Assembly: GCA_963749155.1 (NCBI GenBank)
Contig: CAVVLO010000002.1
Location: forward strand, 960,001 to 1,024,000
DNA length: 64,000 nucleotides
Direction of reading: 5' to 3'
Source: an uncultured Armatimonadia bacterium
GTDB lineage: Bacteria; Armatimonadota; Zipacnadia; CAVVLO01
Part shown: piece after piece, positions 57,191 to 64,000 of the stretch
How the letters are laid out: the number at the start of each line of letters is the position of its first letter
How positions within the stretch are numbered: position 1 is the first letter of the stretch
The notes under the pieces: generated by a model
Told to the model about the DNA's origin: nothing
What the model saw: the letters and a program-made list of their open reading frames with translations, nothing else
Database searches by the model: none
Position numbers and translations under genes: made by a program

Positions 57191-59278
57191 TCAATCGCCA
57201 AGCAGGTCGCGCCGTAAAGCCTTAACTCGGCCAGCAAAATAGGCTGGGGCGTCGGCTTCCAAAGGGAAACAGAACAGCCAGGGGCCGGGAGTTGAATAAC
57301 TCTGCCCTGGTTCGAGGAGTGCATTGGGAGGATGGCGCAGTTCAAGCAAAACCGGCTGCCCTGCACCGCCAGAGGACCAGTATTCAAAGTCGCGCGGGTC
57401 GAGGAAACTGACCCCGAGGCCGACGCCCGCCTGGCGGTCAAAAGCCCATATACCAGGGCGGTAGAAGGGGATCCACATATGGCGGAAGGGACCAGGCTCA
57501 TCGCCTGCTGAATCTCCCCCCACTTTGCTTTCAAGCCGCCACTGGGTTTCTGCCAGGCGCCAGGGGCGAGAGGAAACCGAAGTCACCTCTAGGCAGTCTT
57601 ACAGCACACCAGCCTTCCGGGCCGGTCGGAACCACGACCTCGGCGCGCGCGGAGAAAGCAAGGTCACCCTCGGCGATAAGCTCGAGTTCCAGTCGGGTAA
57701 TCCGGTCAGTGTGGGTAGCCGTCAGGATTTTGGTAGAAGAAGCGGTCGTCCAGCGATATCCCCCCGCGTGCTGGAGCAGTCGCAGCTCTAGTGCGCCAAG
57801 CGAGCTATTGCCGAGGGCAAAACCTGGCCTGCCCAGCTCATCCAGTCTGGTAGTAAGGAGGCCAGTCGTCAATTGCTCTGGCAGGGGACAGGCAACTCCG
57901 ACCTCGGTCATCCAGTCTGGCAGTTTTTTGGGGCTTGCGGTCGCCGGTGGAGTAGCCGCCAGATGGAGCCGGTCTACTTCCTGATTTGCCTTGGCAAGGG
58001 CCTCTGTTAAGTCAGGATACGGTTCGTCACGCTCATTCACCAGGCCGTAGTTGGTGTTTTCAGGATGGTGAGCCGCAAGCCCCAGGGCGGGCTCGTCTAC
58101 CCACATAAAGTAGCTGCTGCCAACAACATAAGGCAGACTTGCCAGCGCCTTGAGATAAGTAGCAGAAGCCGCAGCCCGCTGGGCCTGGGTCTCCACGCGC
58201 AGGCCGGCGCCTGTTGTGCAGGGCAGGCCGCTGTCCAGCGCGGGGAAGCTCCACTCGCTAATCAACAGAGGTTTACCTGAGAGCCTGTGCCACTGTTCCA
58301 GTTGGGTAATCTGCCAGTCAGGTAGCTCACCTTCAGGCTCAAAACGGGGATAGAGATTTACACTTATCACATCACAATATTTGCCGGCGATCTCCCAGAC
58401 AGGCTCTGGGGCATCTCCAGCAAAACGCACCCCGAGCAGCAGGTGATTTGGGTCATACCGCTTAACTGCCGCGGTGACCACACTGAAATAGCGCTCCGCA
58501 ACCAGGCGCAGCCAGTCATCGCACAAAGCAACCGCCGCATCAGTCATCGGCGGAGAGGGCTGGGCGCTTTGGGCAATCTGCTCCCAGGAGAAGCCAGGCG
58601 CTCCAAAATCTGCACAAAAGGCTTCACTAGAGGGGTAGCGCGATTTTAGAAAATCCAGCCAGGCCTGTTTGGCAGGGTCGTCAACCGGTTTGCGCCAGGC
58701 CTCTTCAAACAACCCCCAGGGCCGTCCAATGCGTCCCCACCAGGCCAGTTCGTTGTCCAGATAATAACCAATCAGGCCAGGCTCACTCGCGCGCTGGGCG
58801 CAGTAGGCAGCGGCTCGCTCCACGCAGCTGGCTTCCCAGTCGGGATGAAAGACATTAGGGAAAGCCGCGTAGACAGTAGGTGAGACAGTTGGGAGGCCCT
58901 CTTTGGAGGCGAACCAGTAACCAAGAGGGAGCAGCTCAATACTCGGCAGGCCAGCCTCGCCTTTGAGTTCGGCATTAGAGAGTTCGCCGACCGCATCGAA
59001 GCCCCAGGCCGCCAGACGTTCTCTGGTCACCCTGGCCCAGGCTTCTGGGGACCGCCATACTTCGCCTCGACCCATCGTTCATAGGGTGAATAACCTAGCC
59101 GTTCGCAGAAATGACCTGAATAGCGAACCTGACTCACGGCCGAGAGGAAGCTTGCTTCTCCCGAGGGAGCTACCAACCACCAGATGCCAGCGCGCTGCTC
59201 CAGGCCATAAAAGCCTGGGGCTGCCCAGGCTAGCGACGACAGAAGCGTAATTAGCAATATCAGGCCAGTTCGTATCAC
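57191..59278 (-). CDS. Secreted agarase-like (GH50-related, clan GH-A) glycoside hydrolase; frameshifts at ~59052 and ~57590
   Basis: Signal peptide and WWLVAPSG in ORF 59027..59278; GYYLDNEL, YDPNHLLLGVRF, LISEWSFPA and ENTNYGLV in ORF 57531..59075; C-terminal part in ORF 57191..57586. Confidence 0.72.
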
Positions 59279-59298
59279 GTATCCAGGTTCGCCCCGCC

Positions 59299-59334
59299 AA
59301 AAGAAAGCCCTGCCCTCAAAGAGAGGACAGGGCT
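59299..59334 (-). terminator. Rho-independent terminator
   Basis: Minus strand AGCCCTGTCCTC-tcttt-GAGGGCAGGGCT followed by TTCTTTT. Confidence 0.7.
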
Positions 59335-59358
59335 AGCAAGCCAAGGTTGGTGTTCAAG

Positions 59359-60183
59359 CTATTCGGTAAGACCAGCGGCCTTGAGCAGCTTGGTGACGGC
59401 GAAAGTGCGTTCTTCGGTGAAGAAGCCACGACTGAAGCTGCCGTCGCGCTTCTGAGCCCTCTCGAGGAAGGTATTGTCCGTGTTAACCAACCTGCGCGCA
59501 GGGGCGCCAGGCCACTCGGACAGGCAGTAATACATATACCAGGGTTTCATGGTGCCTTTCCAGGCGCCGGGTTTGCGCTGGGTAGCAAGCAACTTGGAAA
59601 GCCCCTCCGCGATGAAGGGTCCCTGGGAAAGCTTCTGATTGGCCGCTATGGCGAAATAGGCGGTAGAAAGCGTCAGGCTGCACATCCAGGAAGGTGGCCT
59701 GGTCAGCAGCTCGAACAGCCTGTCGTCCACAGTTGCGAACTGCTCCCCATCGCCACTAAGCAGCCAAAGGGCGCGCATACCGAGTATACCAAGCTGGAAC
59801 TCGATGCTGCCTGTCGCGCCTGGAGGCTGCCCTGTATACAGTTTGGGATCGTTTTTCAGTTCTCTGTCACTAGGCACTGGCAAGCCAGGCACAACAGCGG
59901 CATCAGAGCACTGGGAAAGCAACCAGGCAAAGGCTCTGCCGAGGCGCTCGTGGTCACGCTCAACGCCAAGCCAGAGCAATTGATCTATGGCATGAGCAGT
60001 CTGCACGAGAGATTCGTTCCAGTGGCCGTGGTGACTTTGTTTCGCAAAGAGCACTTGCTTGTGTTCTTCCACTGCTCTTTGGTCTTTGGGACTGGTAAGG
60101 TCAAGGAGAACAACGCGCGCGATAACAGCGTTCACCGTGCGGCGACCTTGCCAGTACTGCCGAAGCAGATCGAGGTCGACCAT
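59359..60183 (-). CDS. Hypothetical protein with prenyltransferase/QW-like alpha-barrel repeats
   Basis: Repeated motifs AKQSHHGHW, ATQRKPGAW and RAQKRDGSF; plausible RBS and downstream terminator. Confidence 0.6.
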   Translation of the reverse strand: MVDLDLLRQYWQGRRTVNAVIARVVLLDLTSPKDQRAVEEHKQVLFAKQSHHGHWNESLVQTAHAIDQLLWLGVERDHERLGRAFAWLLSQCSDAAVVPGLPVPSDRELKNDPKLYTGQPPGATGSIEFQLGILGMRALWLLSGDGEQFATVDDRLFELLTRPPSWMCSLTLSTAYFAIAANQKLSQGPFIAEGLSKLLATQRKPGAWKGTMKPWYMYYCLSEWPGAPARRLVNTDNTFLERAQKRDGSFSRGFFTEERTFAVTKLLKAAGLTE

Positions 60184-60375
60184 TTTTTAACCACCACGTT
60201 TCCGGATCTAGTCCGAAGTGATGTACCCAGTCAAGTAATCCGGCCCAAAAGACTGGCGTAAGTCCTATTGTTGACCATTCTAACCTGTAAATCCCCAAGT
60301 GGCAAGTGATACCGACAACTTCAGCTAGATTTTAGCTTGTACTTGTGAAATTTAAGCTTTTCGAGGGATGACCTT

Positions 60376-61071
60376 CTAGAGCAGGTCACGAGATGTAACG
60401 CGATATGCACAAAGTGTCCACAGAGCTACAACACCATCCCACCAACGTATCTTTTTGCCCTCCTTGGTGGTCCTTGCCTTGTAACGAATTGGTAACTCCA
60501 GTATCCGGTGCCCTAAACGACGTGATTTTGCTGTTACTTCGGGGCAGAACTCGAACCGCTCACAGCGGAGCCTCATCGACGCCAGCACATCCCGGTGGAA
60601 GACTTTATAAGCGGTGGCTTCATCTGTCAGGCGTTGGCCATAAAGGAGGCTGGCGGTCCAGGAGAGCAACTGGTTGGCCAGCCAGTGATGAGGTTGCATG
60701 CGCTCGATCCGGCCCAGGAAGCGCGACCCGTAAACCACCGTGGCCTTGCCCTGCTCGATGGGTTCTACCAGGCGTGGCAGGTCTTCAGGCTCATATTCGA
60801 GGTCAGCGTCCTGCACTGCAATTATCTCGCCGGTTGCAATCGCTAGAGCTTTCCGGATTGCTCGACCTTTTCCGCCTGGCGCCGAGTTGTGCAGCACCTT
60901 GAGCTGGGGCAGAATCTGCTGATATTCGGCAAGTATCTGGGCTGTAGCGTCAGTAGAGCCATCATTTACAACGATAATCTCCATATCCAGTGGCAAAGCT
61001 CCAACCCGATCAAGCACCTCGGGCAAGGTAGCCTCCTCGTTCATCGCCGGGATGAGGACGGAGATTTTCAC
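60376..61071 (-). CDS. GT2 glycosyltransferase (DPM1-like polyprenol-phosphate glycosyltransferase)
   Basis: IPAMNEE, VNDGSTD, QDADLEY, VYGSRF and EGKKIRWWDG motifs. Confidence 0.9.
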   Translation of the reverse strand: MKISVLIPAMNEEATLPEVLDRVGALPLDMEIIVVNDGSTDATAQILAEYQQILPQLKVLHNSAPGGKGRAIRKALAIATGEIIAVQDADLEYEPEDLPRLVEPIEQGKATVVYGSRFLGRIERMQPHHWLANQLLSWTASLLYGQRLTDEATAYKVFHRDVLASMRLRCERFEFCPEVTAKSRRLGHRILELPIRYKARTTKEGKKIRWWDGVVALWTLCAYRVTSRDLL

Positions 61072-61076
61072 TTGAC

Positions 61077-61643
61077 TCAGTCAGCCTTTGGGCCGAATTC
61101 CTTGACGAATAGCACATACAGTACATGCCCGAGAATCAAGTGCAGGTCTTCTATCCGCTGCATATTATCGCTTGGCGCGACATAAGCCAGATCGGCCTCC
61201 TGGGAGAGCTTGCCGCCGCCCATCCCTGTCAGGCCAACTGTGGTCGCGCCCTGAGCTTTGGCATAGCGGAGGGCCTCGAGTACGTTCTCGGAATTGCCCG
61301 AGCCGCTGATGCCGATGACGACATCGCCCGCATCAACGAAGTTGCGAAGCTGACCGACGAAGATACTTTCGTAGCCGATATCGTTGGCCCAGGCCATTAT
61401 CAAAGGGGTGTTATCAGTAAGAGAAGTGATTCTGAAACGTAAATGGCAATCGAATTGGGCACCTTTGGCGAGGTCTTCGGCGATGTGAGAAGCGGTCGCC
61501 CCGCTGCCCCCGTTGCCGAGGATAAATACCTGTTTGTCTTTGCGGCAAGCCTCGAAGAGCAGCTCGGCAATTGCATCAAACTCGGCGGGGTTGGTCGCAT
61601 CGATTGCGTCTTTAAGCAACTGGAGATAGGTAACGGTATCCAA
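61077..61643 (-). CDS. gmhA: SIS-domain phosphoheptose isomerase-like protein
   Basis: GNGGSGATASH, WANDIGY, ISGSGNSENV and IEDLHL motifs. Confidence 0.75.
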   Translation of the reverse strand: MDTVTYLQLLKDAIDATNPAEFDAIAELLFEACRKDKQVFILGNGGSGATASHIAEDLAKGAQFDCHLRFRITSLTDNTPLIMAWANDIGYESIFVGQLRNFVDAGDVVIGISGSGNSENVLEALRYAKAQGATTVGLTGMGGGKLSQEADLAYVAPSDNMQRIEDLHLILGHVLYVLFVKEFGPKAD

Positions 61644-61655
61644 AAGTGAGTCCTC

Positions 61656-62531
61656 CTAACGCCAATAAATGACAGCCACTGCGACCAGGAGGAAGAGAAA
61701 CAGGTTCATCAGGATAGGCCTGTCCGTGATAAGGACTTCCTCAGGCGCACCGGCCTTTTCCTGAGTGTACAGTATCCACAGATAGCGGAAAACCCCGAAT
61801 ACTACGAAGGGGATGGTAAGCTCGAGATGGGCGCCAGGGAACTTCGCCAGCGTCTGGGGCGCGAAGGTATAGAGGCAGTAAGTAAGGATGGCGCCTGTTG
61901 CGGCGATGAGGATGTACTGATCGAGCAACTGACTGGTGTAATGAGCAAGAGCCGCCCTGTGAGAAGCCGAATCAGGCAGGCTGACCAGTTCTACTCGCCG
62001 CTTGCCGAGTACGAGCAGCAAGGCCAGGAAGAAAGTGCAGACCAGAAACCACGAACTTATCTCAACCGAGATGACCAAGGCGCCCGCAATGGCTCTGAGC
62101 AAGAAGCCCAGCGCGACCACCAGTGACTCGGCGATAGGCCAGTGCTTTACCCCCAGGTTGTAAGCCAGCACCAGCCCGACATAAGCCGCATAACTGGCCA
62201 GGAAGCCTTCGCCCAAAGGTATCGCCAGAAGCAGTGAACCACAAATCAGCACCGCGCTTGCATAGAGAGCACTAGCCTGGTTGAGTTTGCCTGAAGGCAG
62301 GGGACGAAGCCGCTTGCGTGGATGAGTCTGGTCGGCTGCCAGATCCAGCAAGTCGTTAAGAAGATAGAGGCCCCCTGTGCCCGCGCAGAATAGGAGAAAG
62401 GCTTCGATGGCGCGGAGGAGCGCCTCAGCCGAGTCAAGCTTGAGCGCGAAAATGAGCGCGGCAAAGACGAGGAGGTTCTTCGTCCATTGACGAGGCCTGA
62501 GGCTTGTGAAGAGGTACCCGAGCTGTCCCAT
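61656..62531 (-). CDS. UbiA-family polyprenyl-phosphate phosphoribosyltransferase (DPPR synthase-like)
   Basis: LRPRQWTKNLLVF, YLLNDLLD..ADQTHPRKRLRP, GKRRVEL and TIPFVVFGVFRY motifs. Confidence 0.85.
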   Translation of the reverse strand: MGQLGYLFTSLRPRQWTKNLLVFAALIFALKLDSAEALLRAIEAFLLFCAGTGGLYLLNDLLDLAADQTHPRKRLRPLPSGKLNQASALYASAVLICGSLLLAIPLGEGFLASYAAYVGLVLAYNLGVKHWPIAESLVVALGFLLRAIAGALVISVEISSWFLVCTFFLALLLVLGKRRVELVSLPDSASHRAALAHYTSQLLDQYILIAATGAILTYCLYTFAPQTLAKFPGAHLELTIPFVVFGVFRYLWILYTQEKAGAPEEVLITDRPILMNLFLFLLVAVAVIYWR

Positions 62532-62534
62532 AAG

Positions 62535-63479
62535 CTACAGGCCCAGTTGGCGCAGCCACTCCACCTCCCGGGCAAGGCCTTCCTCCAGTGAGACGGCAGC
62601 AGAATACCCAAGCAACTCGCGCGCCTTGGAGCCATCGGCGCGGGTATGGCGCACATCGCCTTTTTCGACGGCTTTGTGAACGGCTTTCACGGGCCTCTGG
62701 CACAGTTGCCCAATCAACTCCAGGACCTGGTTTACAGAGACTTGCGAGCCGCCTCCAACATTGAAGGTCTCTCCGGCCACGTCACTGGTAGCCGCCAGGA
62801 TATTGGCGCGAACGGCATCAGCCACAAAAGTGAAATCGCGTGTTTGTTCGCCATCGCCGTAGACTTCCAGTTGCTGCCCCGCAAGTACGGCCTTGCTGAA
62901 CTTGTGGAAAGCCATATCTGGCCGCTGGCGAGGACCATAGACGGTGAAATAGCGCAGGCTGACAGTAGGGACGTTCCAGTTGCGGAAATAGAGCCTGGCC
63001 AGATGCTCGCCGGCGAGCTTGGTTACGCCATAAGGCGACAGGGGTGCTGGAGTTGCCATCTCGGGTGTTGGGAAGCACTCTGCGTCGCCATAAATTGACG
63101 AGGAGCTGGAGTAGACAAACTTGGCGATTGGGACTCCCTTGCAGGCCTCAAGCAAGCGCTGAGTCGCCAGCACATTGTCGCTGGTGTAGTTCTCAAAGGA
63201 CTTGCCCCAGCTTGCGCGCACGCCCGCCTGGGCAGCCAGGTGGAAGACATAGGTGACACCCTCGAGGAGAGAATCAAGGGGCGCGTCGAGCAGGTTGGCC
63301 TCTGACAGGGTGAAGGCCGGTTGGGTTCTCAGAGCGCTCAGGTTGGCTTCTTTGTAGGGCCTGGGATAATAATCGCGGAAACAATCGATGCCTCGGACCT
63401 GATGGCCTTCGGCTAGAAGAGCTTCTGACAGGGTTGAACCGATAAAACCGGCTGCTCCGGTGACTAGACAGAGGCTCAA
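62535..63479 (-). CDS. NAD-dependent nucleotide-sugar epimerase/dehydratase (UDP-glucuronate 4-epimerase-like)
   Basis: TGAAGFIG, HLAAQAGVR, SPYGVTK and FTVYGPRQRPDMA motifs; start set to TTG 63479 after a GGGAGG RBS. Confidence 0.88.
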   Translation of the reverse strand: MSLCLVTGAAGFIGSTLSEALLAEGHQVRGIDCFRDYYPRPYKEANLSALRTQPAFTLSEANLLDAPLDSLLEGVTYVFHLAAQAGVRASWGKSFENYTSDNVLATQRLLEACKGVPIAKFVYSSSSSIYGDAECFPTPEMATPAPLSPYGVTKLAGEHLARLYFRNWNVPTVSLRYFTVYGPRQRPDMAFHKFSKAVLAGQQLEVYGDGEQTRDFTFVADAVRANILAATSDVAGETFNVGGGSQVSVNQVLELIGQLCQRPVKAVHKAVEKGDVRHTRADGSKARELLGYSAAVSLEEGLAREVEWLRQLGL

Positions 63480-63498
63480 GAGAAGGCCCTCCCAGCAG

Positions 63499-63558
63499 TT
63501 ATCTCGTGCCACGCCAGATTATCTGGCGCCACGCCAGACTATCTGGCGCCACGCCCCA
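63499..63558. repeat. 20-bp tandem repeat x3 overlapping the sugar transferase stop
   Basis: TTATCTCGTGCCACGCCAGA / TTATCTGGCGCCACGCCAGA / CTATCTGGCGCCACGCCCCA. Confidence 0.85.
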
Positions 63559-64000
63559 GTACGATTACAGGCACGGTCATAATAATAATCCACAAGTCGA
63601 AAAGCAAACTGCGGCGGAGAAGGTAGTGAAGGTCCAGGTTAATCATAGTCTGGAAATCGGCATCTTTACGTCCTGACACCTGCCAAAGGCCAGTCAGGCC
63701 AGGTGTAATCAGGAGCCTGGCGCTTTCTCTGGGCGTATAACGCAAAAATTCCGCATACCAGGGGGGGCGAGGCCCGACAAAGACCATATCTCCCCGGACG
63801 ATATTGAGCAGTTGAGGCAACTCGTCGAGACTTGTCTTGCGAAGGAACTGACCAACCCGGGTGATCCTGTGGTCTTTTGGGATACGCAGCAGCTTGCCAC
63901 TTGCTTCTTCGTTCTGGTCCAGCACTTCATGCAAGCGAGCTTCGGCGTCTTCGACCATAGTGCGGAATTTGAACATCACAAAGGGCCTGCCGTAACGCGC
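63539..64000 (-). CDS. Polyprenyl glycosylphosphotransferase (bacterial sugar transferase), 5' part outside the window
   Basis: FKFRTM, DHRITRVGQFLRKTSLDELPQL, VGPRP and PGLTGLWQVSGR motifs. Confidence 0.92.
   Translation of the reverse strand, partial: ARYGRPFVMFKFRTMVEDAEARLHEVLDQNEEASGKLLRIPKDHRITRVGQFLRKTSLDELPQLLNIVRGDMVFVGPRPPWYAEFLRYTPRESARLLITPGLTGLWQVSGRKDADFQTMINLDLHYLLRRSLLFDLWIIIMTVPVIVLGRGAR

Noticed and set aside
59347..60261. 304-aa plus-strand ORF, and similar overlapping ORFs such as 4185..5180, 55999..57141 and 27147..27941
   Set aside because: Antisense to better-supported genes with recognisable motifs; no independent coding evidence.
63499..63558. Mini CRISPR array
   Set aside because: Units are contiguous 20-mers with no spacers, and there are no cas genes.

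Overview
Chromosomal window from a fairly GC-rich diderm (outer-membrane) bacterium. The gene content (SLH-plus-beta-barrel OmpM-type proteins, a single lptF/G gene, DUF3084 plus YqgF next to lpt genes, DapG-like aspartokinase) suggests a Terrabacteria-type diderm; this is inference. From left to right: a Na+/solute symporter with its small accessory peptide, an MFS transporter and a hybrid histidine kinase; a NIL-ferredoxin/larE/nadB/ACT/aspartokinase operon; a ~20 kb minus-strand lipid A-Kdo-Lpt cluster (lpxC, fabZ, lpxA, lpxB, msbA-like, waaA, lpxK, lpxL-like, rfaE2, kdsB, kdsA, kdsD, kdsC, metallophosphoesterase, GT-C, lptC, lptA, lptB, lptF/G, DUF3084, yqgF-like); redox and sugar-metabolism genes; an ~11.6 kb array of six SLH-domain outer-membrane beta-barrel paralogues arranged as three A-B operons; a TetR/ABC exporter pair with a palindromic operator; an agarase-like glycoside hydrolase; and the end of a polysaccharide/glycosylation operon. 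The most notable signal is the porin array. It has constant N-terminal stalks, hypervariable and mosaic barrels, and each operon is preceded by a promoter and a conserved, covarying structured 5' leader containing an orphan Shine-Dalgarno sequence. Many single-base frameshifts, including in normally essential genes, indicate an indel-prone assembly. No rRNA, tRNA, CRISPR array or mobile element was recognised.
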